Shown here: positions 23,151 to 34,132 of the stretch, one piece after another | Position numbering within the stretch: position 1 is the first letter of the stretch | Layout: every line of letters starts with the position of its first letter | NCBI GenBank assembly: GCA_038087875.1 | Contig: JAXLNO010002288.1 | Location: forward strand, 24,590-64,000 | Source of the DNA: Malacoraja senta | Taxonomy: Eukaryota | Length of the DNA: 39,411 bases | Direction: 5' to 3' | Made by a program: the position numbers and the translations under genes | Notes under the pieces: model-generated | The model's input: the letters and a program-made list of their open reading frames with translations, nothing else | Database searches by the model: none | Told to the model about the DNA's origin: nothing

Positions 23151-24000
23151 TCTATCTTTGGTATAAACCAGCATCTGCAGTTTCTTTACTTATATTTTTA
23201 CTATGATACTGGGTTTCAAGTTGCTTTTGTGATCAATTATAGCTTCATGTTTCTGCTATACAGGAAATGTTTCATCTAATTTTGCTATGCAAGCAGGGTT
23301 TTAGGTAAATGAGACGAGTGCAGTCCATTGTCACAGCAACTTGCGCACAAAATCCAGGCTGACACTTCAGTCAGGTAGTCTTCTTCTTGCGAATGAAAGA
23401 TAAACCAAAGGAATAGTTAGATCTCAAGCCGGGTGTTGAGTAGCCAGGTTGTTGTCTCTGCGTCAAAGTCAGGTAGCGAAGGAATGTTGCAACATTGGAG
23501 AAAGTGTCTTTCATCTGAAGACCTGAGACTGGAATCTGGAGTGAAAGACAAACCAGTGGAAGAACTTGGTTCCTATTGCAGGGTCTCACCCTGAAACATC
23601 GATAATGCTTCTGCTTCCACAGATGCTGCCTGACCCAATGAGTTCCTTCAGCATTTTGCTTCTTGCTGCCTTTCAGATGACATGTTAAACCAATATCCAG
23701 CTGTTCTCTGAATGGATGGGAAAAGATCAGCTGGCAGTATTTTAAAGAGCAGCTTAATGTTTTGGCCAACATTTACTGCTCAATCAACATGTTTAAAAAA
23801 AAAAATAATAACATGATCCCTGTTGTGAGTGTTTGCTACACAGAAAATGTCTGCCATAGATTGTGCATTAGAATAGAGACAAAACTGGAAATACTATTAG
23901 ATAGACGCAAAATGCTGGAGTAACTCAGCGGGGCAGGCAGCATCTCTGGATAGAAGGAATGGATGACGTTTTGGGTCGAGACCCTTCTTCAGACTGCTAA

Positions 24001-24110
24001 AGAGCCTGTCGCACTTACGCGACTTTTTCGGCGAAAATTTTTCACATTTTTGGTGACCTATGACGGGTGCTGGCAGCCACCGAAAAAGTCGCGTAAGTGG
24101 GACCGGCCCT
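24001..24110. mobile_element. PIF/Harbinger-type MITE
   Basis: 31-bp TIRs AG(A/G)GCC(T/G)GTC(G/C)CACTTACGCGACTTTTTCGG; TAA TSD at 23998-24000 and 24111-24113. Confidence 0.8.
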
Positions 24111-24280
24111 TAATGCTTTTAACTTAGCTGTGAAGTGCTTGGTTGAGATGGTTGTAATGCAATTGGAATTCTTTACTGATTTGCGAATAGCAATCAGTTG
24201 GTACAGGACCCTGTGATTGACTGACAAGTTGGGCAGTAACTGGTTACCCCGATGTGTAAGCCTTGTTTCTGGTCCTGTAG

Positions 24281-24424
<144 letters not shown>

Positions 24425-24659
24425 TAATACTTGCATTTTTTAAAGTGCCGCTACACAAAAGCACAACTTTGCGAAATATATTTTTGTTGCTGAAAGACTC
24501 TGGGATGAAGTGGGAACCAGCTAATACTTTTATAAATAAATCTTTCCAATTGGAGACAACAGATCGATTTCCATTTTATAACAAGGAAGACTATTCACGG
24601 GAGAACAATTTTTGACAATAATGTCAAATCTCACAGATGAATTATCAGAAATTCCTGTA

Positions 24660-24930
24660 GAAGTATAGTTAGGACACAAAGTCCAGGCAACTTGGGAAAG
24701 TTAATGACGATTTCTTGATGAAAGTCTGTATTGCAGTAGAGAAAATGCTGGATGTCCTAAAACATATGGAAGTAGATAAATCTCCTGGCCATGATTAGGT
24801 ATATCCAAGGACACTGTGGGAACGTGGAAAAGAAATTGCAGGAACCCGGCTGAGTTATCTGCACCATTGTTAGACATTGGTGAGTGCCAGAAAATTAGAC
24901 GGTGGCTAATGGTGTGTCTCTCGTTAAGAA
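24660..24930 (+). mobile_element. CR1 LINE internal fragment (degraded)
   Basis: GTAGATAAATCTCCTGGCC...ATCCAAGGACACTGTGGGA (DKSPGPD-like region). Confidence 0.55.
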
Positions 24931-24954
24931 GCTGCAAAGATAAAGATCTAGGTC

Positions 24955-25352
24955 TCCTCCATTGTCATGGTGAGGCTAAACGCAAATTGGAGGAAGAGCT
25001 TGGGCAGCTTACAATAATGAATATTGATCTCTCTTTCTTCAGGTAACCCCGGCATTCCCTCTCTCTAACCCTCCCCCACCCAAGTCGCACTAGCTTCTCA
25101 TTTTCATCTTACGAACAGCAAACAATGGCCTGTTTCCTTTATCATTGTTACCTTTTTGCATATCTTTCATTCATTGTTCTTTATCTCTCAACATCACCGT
25201 CTATACCTCTTGTTTCCCTTATCGCTAACCAGTCTGAAGAAGGGTTTCACCCATTCCTTATCTCCAGAGATGCTGCCTGTCCCGTGAGTTACTCCAGCTT
25301 TTTGTGTCTGTCTATCTTCGGTTTAAATCAGCATCTGCAGTTCCTTCTTACA
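24955..25352 (+). mobile_element. Penelope-like 3' fragment
   Basis: LLHCHGEAKRKLEEELGQL..MNIDLS remnant, pyrimidine-rich UTR, then pLTR tail ...CAGCATCTGCAGTTCCTTCTT. Confidence 0.7.
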
Positions 25353-25523
25353 CAAGAGAAAAAGCTAACTGGATACAGAACTTAGACCAGTGTGTTTAAT
25401 ATCTATGGTAGGAATGTTCTTGGGGAGGAATCTGAGTGGGAGAGATATACATGCATTTGGAAAGACGGGGTTGTTATAGATGGTCAGCATAGTTTTGTGT
25501 GTGGGAGATCATGAGACACAAAT

Positions 25524-26156
25524 TGTTTAAGAAGGAACTGCAGATGCTGGAAAATCGAAGGTAGACAAAAATGCTGGAGAAACTCAGCGCGTGAGGCAGC
25601 ATCTATGGAGCGAAGGAATAGGCGACGTTTCGGGTCGAGACCCTTCGTCAGACTGATGTGGGGGTAGGGGGGGAGGGCAGGAAGAAGAAAGGAAGAGGTG
25701 GAGACTGGGCTGTGGGAGAGCTGGGAAGGGGAGGGGAAAGAAGGAGAAAGCAGGGACTGCCTAAAATTGGAGAAGTCAATGTTCATACCGCTGGGGTGTA
25801 AACTACCCAAGCGAAATATGAGGTGCTGTTCCTCCAATTTACGGTGGGCCTCACTCTGGCCATGGAGGAGGCCCAGGACAGAAAGGTCGGATTCGGAATG
25901 GGAAGGGGAGTTGAAGTGTTGAGCCACCAGGAGATCAGGTTGGTTATTGCGAACCGAGCGGAGGTATTTTGCTTGGGTAGTTTACACCCCAGCGGTATGA
26001 ACATTGACCTCCAATTTCAGGTAGTCCTTGCTTTCTCCCTCCTTCCCCTCCCCTTCCCAGCTCTCCCACAGCCCACTGTCTCTGCCTCTTCCTTTCTTCT
26101 TCCCCCCCTCCACCCCCACATCAGTCTGAAGAAGGGTCTCGACCTGAAACATCGTC
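25524..26156 (-). mobile_element. Penelope-like element 3' fragment (GIY-YIG C-terminus + pLTR) with inverted partial copy
   Basis: Minus-strand peptide AQHFNSPSHSESDLSVLGLLHGQSEAHRKLEEQHLIFRLGSLHPSGMNIDFSNFR is typical of the PLE endonuclease tail; 25624-25818 is inverted at 25965-26156. Confidence 0.8.
25624..25651 (-). ncRNA. Minimal hammerhead core (intact)
   Basis: Reverse strand CUGACGA-A-GGGU(CUCG)ACCC-GAAAC-GUC. Confidence 0.65.
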
Positions 26157-26830
26157 ACTGGAAGATAGGGTGGTGAAGAAGGCTTTTGGCCCGCTGGCCT
26201 TCATCAGTCAGGAAACTGAGTATAGAAGTTGGAAAGTTATGTTCCAGTTGTATAAGATGTTGCTGAGGCAGAATATGGATATTAGGTTAAGTTTTGGTCA
26301 CCTACGCTTTTGGAAGCTTGGCGTTAAATTGGAAAGAGTGCAGTGAAGATTTATAAGGATAATAATAATAATAATAGATTTTATTTATATAGCGCTTTTC
26401 AGGACTCAAAGTCGCTTGTTGCCAGGATATCAGGGCTTGGGTTGACCAGGCTAGGACTTTATTCCTTTGTAGCACAGGAGTCCGAATTGTGATCTTTTAG
26501 AAGTGTACAAAATCATGAAGCAAATAGATACAGTAGATTTTTTCCTAGGTTAGGGGAATCGAGAACTCGAGGACATAGGTTTAGGGTGAGAGAGAAAGAT
26601 TTAATAGGAACCTGAGGGGCATTTTTTTTTTACACAAGGGATGGTGGGTATATGGAACAAATTGCCAGAGGAAGTAGTTAAGACAAGTACTATAACAACA
26701 CTTTAAAAGACATTTGACCAGGTACATGGATATGAAAGATTTAGAGGGATATGGGCCAAACCTGGGTAGATAGGGCTTCTTTGTTGGCATGGATGAGTCG
26801 AGTTGAAGGACCTATGTGACTCGATGACCC
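26157..26830 (+). mobile_element. CR1/HER1 LINE fragment interrupted by an L2-type tail (~26360-26415)
   Basis: GGTGAAGAAGGC...GGCCTTCATCAG, TTGGAAAGAGTGCAG, FFTQ.MVGIWN.LP region. Confidence 0.7.
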
Positions 26831-26912
26831 TATTTAAGGGAACGAGTTGGAAAGAGGGTAAGGATAGGATATTGCAGCATTGCCAAATTCGTAGCTCACA
26901 GTTTTCTATTTT

Positions 26913-29900
26913 TTTATTTTTTTTTATTTTTTAGAAGTACGGTAGATTACAGTAATGTACAACACGTATATATTAATACATTTTTTGTACCGCTTCACTT
27001 TTTTAAACTTTAAGAAAGAAAAAGAAAGAAGTAAGAAAAGTGAAGAAAGTGCGCAAAGGTTGTGAAGTGCAAAAGAGTGTTGGGAAAAGAAAGCCCCTTA
27101 GAAAAGAGGTTAGAGAAGGAAGTAAAGTTAGAAAATAGACCCTAGAAAAAAAAGAGAAAGAAAGAAGGAACAATCGCTCTATTATAACTCTTATACCATA
27201 CTTCATAGAGAAGGAACTACCAACCAAGTCTATTTTTATTTTACCTCCCATTACCAGGTCCAGATACCTTTTATTTATTTATTTGTTTTTCTAAATTACT
27301 ATTGCACCTCATGCTTGTAATAGGTCCAAAAACGTAGACCACGTCTTTTGAAATTGATCTACTTTGCCTACTAGGAGGAATCTCATCTCTTCCAGATGTA
27401 ATGTTTCCAACATATTTGATGTCCACATTTTTATTGTTGGTGTGGGCGCATTTTTCCAGAATTTAAGTATAAGCTTTTTTCCCATTATTAGCCCATAATT
27501 GAGTAAATTCTTCTGATACACGTTTAATTCAGGAATACCTTCCGATATTCCAAAAATAATCCATTCTGGTTTTGGTACCAGTTTTATTTTGATTAATTTT
27601 GAAAAAATATCAAATATTTCAAACCAGAATTTTTGGATTTTTGTACAAAAAACAAAAGAATGTGCTATGGTAGCTTCTTGACATATACATTTATCACAGA
27701 TTGGTGAGACGTTAGGAAAGATTTTATTTAGTTTGGTTTTTGAATAATATAATCTATGTAATGTTTTAAATTGGATAAGCGTATGTCGTACGTTGATCGA
27801 GCATTTATGCACCTGTAATAAATGATTATCCCAACTCTCTTTTGAAATTTTTATACCTAGATCTTGTTCCCAATCTCTTCTAATTCCATCTGTTGTGGGT
27901 ATTTCTATATTTAAGATGATATTATATAAGTATGATATTAAATTAACTGATTCCGCCTTTGTCTTCATTGCTTCATCTAGTAAGTCGGAAGGCATATTAT
28001 AATAATCTTTTGTGTGTGTTTTCAAATAGTCACAGATTTGTATATATTTAAAATATTGATTATTTTTCAAATTATATTTCAGTTGTAGTTGTTGGAATGA
28101 TAGTAATTTTTCTAATTCATACAGATCTTCGAGCGTTTTAATTCCCATTCTTTCCCATTGTATAAATGCTTTATCTATGATTGAAGGTTTAAACGATGGG
28201 TTATTGACTATTGGTATTAAGAGAGATAGGTTTCTTAATTTTAGATTCTGTTTTATTTGCTTCCATGTTCTAATAGTGCTATATATAATTGGATTTTTAT
28301 TATAATTTTTATTATTCAAATTTATTGGAGAGAGAATAATCGCTCCTATATTATTCGGGGAGCAATCCCCTTTTTCCATTATAATCCAGTCCACCTGCTG
28401 GGCAGAATTGTCCAGCAGGTGAATCATATTTTTAATATTTACTGCCCAGTTATAATACATAAAGTTAGGGAGCGCTAGACCCCCCAACTCTTTTCGTTTG
28501 TTAAGGTGTGTTCTTTGTATTCTGTGGGATTTGTAATCCCATATAAAATTTGTAATGTCTGAGTCCAGTTTTTTGAAAAACTTTTTTGGGAGATATATAG
28601 GTATTGATTGAAATAGGTAAAGGATTTGTGGTAAGAAAATCATTTTTATAGCATTTATCCTACCTATTAAGGACATCGGAAGTGTTTTCCAAAATTTAAT
28701 CAGATTATTTAATTTCTTAAGTAGGGGATTATAATTAGCTTTAAACATATCATGGTAATTTCTAGTAATCTCAATTCCTAAATATTTGAATTTTTCCATA
28801 GCTATTTTAAAAGGGAATTTCCTGAGATGTGTTGAGTCTTTTGGTTTAATCGACATAATTTCACTTTTGTTCCAATTTATTCTATATCCTGAAAAGGATC
28901 CAAAGTCCTCAATTAAGTTTAATATATTTGGTATACTAATTTGTGGTTTTGTGATGTACAGTAGTACATCATCAGCATATAGGGATAGTTTGTTGTTTGA
29001 ATATTTTGTGTTATAACCGTGAATATTCGAGTGTGTTCTTATTTTTTCAGCAAGGGGTTCAATTACCAAAGCAAATAACAGCGGTGATAGTGAACATCCT
29101 TGTCTGTTGCCCCTAGATAATTCGAATTTTGAAGATAATATATTATTAGTTAGTATTCTAGCCGTAGGTTTGTTATATAGTAGTTTTATCCATGCAATAA
29201 AGTTTTCTCCCAATTGGAATTTTTGCAATACTTTGATCATATAGTCCCATTCTACTTGATCAAACGCTTTTTCTGCGTCCAGTGAGATGATAGCTAACTC
29301 TTGGTCATCAGATTTATGTGAATGCATTATGTTAAGCAAACGTCTCAAATTATTAAATGAGTGTCTCTTAGGTATAAATCCTGTTTGATCCTCATGTATT
29401 AGTCTACTAACATACTTGCTTAATCTATTGGCTAATGTTTTTGCTATTATTTTCTGATCCGTATTTAACAAAGCAATAGCTCTATATGATCCTGGTTCTT
29501 CTATATTTTTATCTTTTTTAAGTATTAATATGATCGTTGATTCCGCTAGTGTTTCAGGTAGGTTTTGCTCTTTATAAGCATATGTATACATTTTTTGTAA
29601 TCGTGGAGTAACTATATCATAAAAAGATTTATAAAATTCATTACTGAATCCGTCTGGTCCTGGTGTTTTTCCATTTTTTAGTGTTTTTATTGTGTCTTCT
29701 ATCTCCTTAGAAGTAATTTGTGCTCCCAGTTCCTCTTGTTCCCTGCGTTCTAATTGTGGTAGATTACAATTATCTAAAAATTCTGAGATTTTATTATTGT
29801 CTATTGACGTTTTAGATGTGTATAGATTCTGGTAAAATTGAGCAAATCTTTTATTAATATCCTTGGGTAGTGTTAATACTTCCCCTCTATCTGATTTAAT

Positions 29901-30057
29901 CTTTAATATTGCATTCTCTTTTTCCCGTTTTTTAAGTTGTCGTGCTAGAAGTTTGTGGGGTTTGTCCCCGAATTCGAAGTGTTCTTGTTTTGTAATTTGA
30001 AATAATGTTATAACTTTCTCTGACAGTAATTTATTTAACTGAAATTTCAGTAGTAGT
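26913..30057 (-). mobile_element. L1-clade LINE, 5'-truncated, intact partial ORF2, 3'UTR and A-rich tail
   Basis: Open frame 30056 to 27309 (RT motifs GKTPGPDGF, ISLDAEKAFD, QGCSLSP, YADD, KYLG; GGLALPN; C-terminal CDKC...H...C); A-rich tail at ~26913-26932; 13-bp TSD AGTTTTCTATTTT at 26900-26912 and 30058-30070. Confidence 0.93.
27309..30056 (-). CDS. L1 ORF2 fragment (linker + reverse transcriptase + C-terminal domain), ~915 aa, no endonuclease
   Basis: ORF track gives 760 aa from Met 29591; manual translation extends stop-free to the 5' truncation point (LLLKFQLNKLLSEK...FGDKPHKLLARQLK...). Confidence 0.85.
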   Translation of the reverse strand, partial: LLLKFQLNKLLSEKVITLFQITKQEHFEFGDKPHKLLARQLKKREKENAILKIKSDRGEVLTLPKDINKRFAQFYQNLYTSKTSIDNNKISEFLDNCNLPQLERREQEELGAQITSKEIEDTIKTLKNGKTPGPDGFSNEFYKSFYDIVTPRLQKMYTYAYKEQNLPETLAESTIILILKKDKNIEEPGSYRAIALLNTDQKIIAKTLANRLSKYVSRLIHEDQTGFIPKRHSFNNLRRLLNIMHSHKSDDQELAIISLDAEKAFDQVEWDYMIKVLQKFQLGENFIAWIKLLYNKPTARILTNNILSSKFELSRGNRQGCSLSPLLFALVIEPLAEKIRTHSNIHGYNTKYSNNKLSLYADDVLLYITKPQISIPNILNLIEDFGSFSGYRINWNKSEIMSIKPKDSTHLRKFPFKIAMEKFKYLGIEITRNYHDMFKANYNPLLKKLNNLIKFWKTLPMSLIGRINAIKMIFLPQILYLFQSIPIYLPKKFFKKLDSDITNFIWDYKSHRIQRTHLNKRKELGGLALPNFMYYNWAVNIKNMIHLLDNSAQQVDWIIMEKGDCSPNNIGAIILSPINLNNKNYNKNPIIYSTIRTWKQIKQNLKLRNLSLLIPIVNNPSFKPSIIDKAFIQWERMGIKTLEDLYELEKLLSFQQLQLKYNLKNNQYFKYIQICDYLKTHTKDYYNMPSDLLDEAMKTKAESVNLISYLYNIILNIEIPTTDGIRRDWEQDLGIKISKESWDNHLLQVHKCSINVRHTLIQFKTLHRLYYSKTKLNKIFPNVSPICDKCICQEATIAHSFVFCTKIQKFWFEIFDIFSKLIKIKLVPKPEWIIFGISEGIPELNVYQKNLLNYGLIMGKKLILKFWKNAPTPTIKMWTSNMLETLHLEEMRFLLVGKVDQFQKTWSTFLDLLQA

Positions 30058-30519
30058 AGTTTTCTATTTTATTGCACAGTGGTGCCTGTTGGCCTTCCTC
30101 CTTGTGGATTTTGGACAACTTTGCTTTACAACTTGGCAAAGGCTGAAGAAGCCCGAAGTGCCTGTTAGTAATCGTGTGAGACATTCCAAAGGCAGCAGAA
30201 ACATTGTAGTGTTTGCACAGAGTCACACCATGATTAGCATACTGGCTTTTTAAAAACTAGATTAGTAATCCAGTGGTCTGGACTAACAAATCACAGATGT
30301 TTCATAGTTGCATAACCAGGCAAAAGTTGACCCCAAGCAATAGAGGTGAAGTTAGAAGGAGTAACTAAAGGCTTGGTCATGTTAGTGTGTTCCTAGAATC
30401 GTGAATATGGGGAATTGAGTGGTAATTATCGTGCTTGAATGACGAGAGTCACAGGTCAGAATTAAAGAAATGAGGGATGCAGGTCTAGGTCTGCATGAAG
30501 TTATAAGGGAGACTTTGAT

Positions 30520-30786
30520 TTTGTAGATACAGCGTGGAAACAGGCCCTTCGGCCCACCGAGTCCGTGCTGACCAGCGATCACCACGTACACTGGGGACAA
30601 TTTTTACCTAAGCCAATTAACCTGCAGACCTGTACGTCTTTGGAGTGTGGGAGGAAACGCGGGCACCCAGAGAAAACCCACACGATCACAGGGAGAACGT
30701 ACAAACTCCCTCCAGGCAGTACCCGCACTCAGGATGGAGCCCGGGTCTCTGGCGCTGTATTGCAGCAACTCTGCCACCGTGCCACC
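30520..30786 (-). mobile_element. HE1-like SINE
   Basis: Reverse-strand copy; head ends at ~30786. Confidence 0.8.
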
Positions 30787-30800
30787 TCCATTGAGATAGT

Positions 30801-30965
30801 AAGAAGAAGGGTGCCGACCCAAAACGTCACCTATTCTGTTAGATAGAAGGGTCCTGACCTGAAACTTCACTATCCCTGTTCGAAAAAAGGGTCCTGAACC
30901 GAAACATCACCTATCCACATTAGGAAGAAGGGTCCCAACCTAAAACCTCCTCTATCCATGTTCTC
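30801..30965 (+). repeat. Four tandem ~40-nt units of the hammerhead stem II/GAAAC segment
   Basis: AAGGGT starts at 30807, 30847, 30887, 30928, each followed by (G/A)AAAC.TC..CTAT. Confidence 0.75.
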
Positions 30966-31194
30966 CAGGGTGCTGCCTGACCCACTGAGTTACTCCAGTA
31001 TTTTGTGTCTTTGTAAACCAGCATCAGCAGTTCCTTGTTTCTTTCTACATGAGAAATTGAAATGCAGATTATGTTTAATGAGCAAGTAAAAGAGGAAGAA
31101 GAAAGCAGAGGAAAGAAAAACAAGAATTAACTCACTTTTGACCCATTAACCAGTTAATGTTAATGTGTTCCTCTGCTCTAATGGAGATGTTGCT

Positions 31195-31950
31195 CATAAG
31201 GTCATAAGTCATAGGAGCAGAATTAGGCCATTCGGCCCATCAAGTCTACTCTGCCATTTAATCATGGCAGATCTATCGCTCCCTCCTCACCCCATTCTCC
31301 TGCCTTCTCCCCATAATCTCTGACACCTGTACTAATCAAGAATCTATTTATCTCTGCCTTAAAATCATACATTGACTTGGTAGACAAATATGCTGGAGAA
31401 ACTCAGCGGATGCGGCAGCACCTATGGAGCAAAGGAGATAGGCAACGTTTCGGCCTGAAACGTTGCCTATTTCCTTCGCTCCATAGATGCTGCCGCACCC
31501 GCTGAGTTTCTCCAGCATTTTTGTCTACCTTCAATTTTCCAGCATCTGCAGTTCCTTCTTGAATACATTGTCTTGGCCTCCACAGCCTTCTGTGGCAATT
31601 AATTCCAGAGATTCACCACCCTCTGACTAAAGAAATTCCTCCTCATCTCCTTCCAAAAGGAACATCCTTTAGTTCTGAGGCTGTGACCTCTGGTCCAAGA
31701 CTCTCCCCCCAATTGGAAACATCTGCTCCACATCCACTCTATCCTGGCCTTTCACTATTCTGTAAGTTACAATGAGGTCCCCCTCATCCTTCTAAACTCC
31801 AGCGAGTACAGGCCTAGTGCTGTCAAACGTTCACCGTATGTTAACCCACTTATTCCCGGGATCATTCTCGTAAACCTTCTCTGGACCCTCTCCAGAGCCA
31901 GCACATCCTTCCTCAGATATGGGGCCCAAAATTGCTCACAATACTCCAAA
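31195..31950 (-). mobile_element. CR1/HER1 LINE 3' fragment
   Basis: LEYCEQFWAPYLRKDVLALERVQRRFTRMIPG on minus strand; hosts fold-back insert. Confidence 0.85.
31381..31562. repeat. Penelope pLTR-derived fold-back insertion inside a CR1 fragment
   Basis: 71-nt arms (31381-31451 / 31457-31527, 5 mismatches); ATACATTG(A/T)CTTGG at 31367-31380 and 31563-31576. Confidence 0.8.
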
Positions 31951-32158
31951 TGCAGAGCTGTACATTAGGGCAGTAAGTTGCGGAGTTTGCAAATGCTAAC
32001 ATAATGGCAGGAGTAACTGTTGTGAAAGCCTTGGAGCAACGCGCCCTTTAGTCATCGTGGGCGATAGGGAACTGTGTTAACTGGACGATATTTCAAAACA
32101 TTTCAAATAGTTGACAAATTGTCCTTGCTTTACTATGGGTAACTCTTTTGTTTTCCAG

Positions 32159-32291
32159 GTCTGTTGTATTATAATGACCTCTGTGTACCAGTTACAAGGG
32201 CAGAGGCAGATTGGATCAAGCACATTGTGGAAAGAGCTGTACACAGATTTCTGCCTGATGCAACTATAACGTTAACAGGCGGCTTTCGAAG
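32159..32291 (+). CDS. POLM: POLM coding exon 7
   Basis: (G)LLYYNDLCVPVTRAEADWIKHIVERAVHRFLPDATITLTGGFR(R); TGGFRR motif; 133 nt, phase 1 to 2. Confidence 0.95.
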
Positions 32292-33009
32292 GTTAGAGCA
32301 TTGTAGTTGTTGTTTGCATCATAGTTTTGTCTTCTCATTTCTGAACAAGCTTGAAGCCCAGCAGCTGGGAAAGGAATTTTGGATGAGTGGGATCTTTTTT
32401 GTGACGTGTACAGAGATACAGCGAGATCCTCGTTCTGCGTGCTATCCATCCAATCATAACATACAATGATATAGTCTGAAGAAGGGTCTCGACCCAAAAC
32501 GTCACCCATTCCTTCTCTCCAGAGATGCTGTTAGTCTAGTATTTTGTGTCTGTCATTAATATAATAGATTCACTTCCTAAACAGCATGCAGTAGCCACGA
32601 ACCGGCTCCAGCTTGCAATTTCCAAGTCTCAGAAATGTCCGATCTAGAGCTAAGGAGACAGACAATTCTTGTATCTTGCCGTAAACATTAAAAAATCATG
32701 ATCCTGATCTCCAAAAATAAATAATTTGTCGGACAGAACTGCAGATGCTGGTTTAAACCGAAGATAGACACAAAAAACTGGAGTAACTCAGCGGGACAGG
32801 CAGCATCTCTGAAGAAAAGGAATGGGTGATGTAGAGCCCGTTCCCTCCGCAACTCCCTGGTTAACTCCCCCCTTCCCACCCAAACCACCCCAGCCCCGGC
32901 ACATACCCCTTCAACCGCAGAAGATGCAACACCTGTCGCTATACCTCCTCCCTCAACTCTGTCCAGGGACCCCAACAGTCCCTTCAGGTTAGTCAGAGGG
33001 TGGTGAATC

Positions 33010-33300
33010 TTCAGGTAGCCCCGGCATTCCCTCTCTCTCTATCCATTCCCCACCCAAGTCGCACTAGCTTCTCATTTTCACCCAACAAACAGCCAACAAT
33101 GGCCTGCTTCTTTTATTATTGTTACTTTTTTGCATATCTTTCATTCATTGTTTTTTATCTCTCCACATCACCATGTTATATCTCTCTTTTCCATTATCCC
33201 TAACCAGTCTGAAGAAGGGTCTCGACCCGAAACGTCACCCATTCTTTTTCTCTAGAGATGCTGCCTGCCTCGCTGAGTTACTCCAGCTTTTTGTGTCAAT
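33010..33300 (+). mobile_element. Penelope-like 3' UTR/pLTR fragment with hammerhead core
   Basis: Close homologue of 25040-25330; contains CTGAAGAAGGGTCTCGACCCGAAACGTC. Confidence 0.75.
33209..33236 (+). ncRNA. Minimal type I hammerhead-ribozyme core (intact)
   Basis: CUGAAGA-A-GGGU(CUCG)ACCC-GAAA-C-GUC: all conserved core residues, 4-bp stem II, palindromic ACGU stem III, GUC triplet. Confidence 0.65.
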
Positions 33301-34132
33301 CTCCAGAAAGACATGCTCTGTAGATGCACTTGTCTCATTCTTCTTCTTCCTCATGTTCGGCCATCTTCTATATCACGTCTTTCCGGTCGGTCAGTGACGG
33401 TTGACGGTCGGTGGTTGCAGAATTGGCTACTTCAGTCAGTCACTGTGGTACAGTTTCTGTCGTCAGCATTGCCCAGGATGCGCCACATGGAGGCTTCTGC
33501 TTGCATCCCACTTGTCTCATTCACAAAGGGACAATTTTGAAAAATGCTGTTGTGTCATCCTGAACCCCAGAAATGTAGTAAAATTGTTGGATCTACATCA
33601 CACTGACTTATTTGTTTTGGATTTAACTGGGTGGGTATATAGGCCCGCCTAGGTTTTGTACGCCAAAGTTATAGATATCTCATATTTACGAATGAATACT
33701 GATAAATATTATTCAATTCAAATGAACCACCCTGCAGTAATCAGACCCCATTGTCTCTTATGAACACGGGCTGCCAGTTTCACTGGGGGAGATTGAGAGA
33801 GTTGCTTTGGAAACTGATAAGCACTCGTGCCCATTGACACTTGTACAACAAGTCTATTGTGCAATGTAACAGTCACTGACACGAGCATTGAAACCAGCCA
33901 TAAAGCATGGGACATCCTGTTTCTGTACCATTGTGACCTGGCTGGGGAAGAAAATAGAATAAATATTCATGGAAGATAGACACAAAATACTGGCATGACT
34001 CAGCGGGACAGGCAGCATCTCTGGAGAGAAGAAATGGGTGACGTTTTGGGTTGAGATCCTTCTTCAGACCAGATGAATATTAATGTTCCCTAATGTGTCC
34101 TTAATTGGCCCTTCCCAACACCATTCATTACA

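Noticed and set aside
25484-25927. 147-aa host gene
   Set aside because: Penelope endonuclease C-terminus with read-through of a mutated stop into the UTR.
27003-27251. 82-aa Phe/Leu-rich ORF
   Set aside because: Translation of the purine/pyrimidine-biased L1 3'UTR.
28257-29016. Plus-strand ORFs inside the L1
   Set aside because: Antisense shadows of L1 ORF2.
30801-30965. CRISPR-like regular spacing
   Set aside because: Eukaryotic DNA, no unique spacers or cas genes; units derive from the Penelope repeat.
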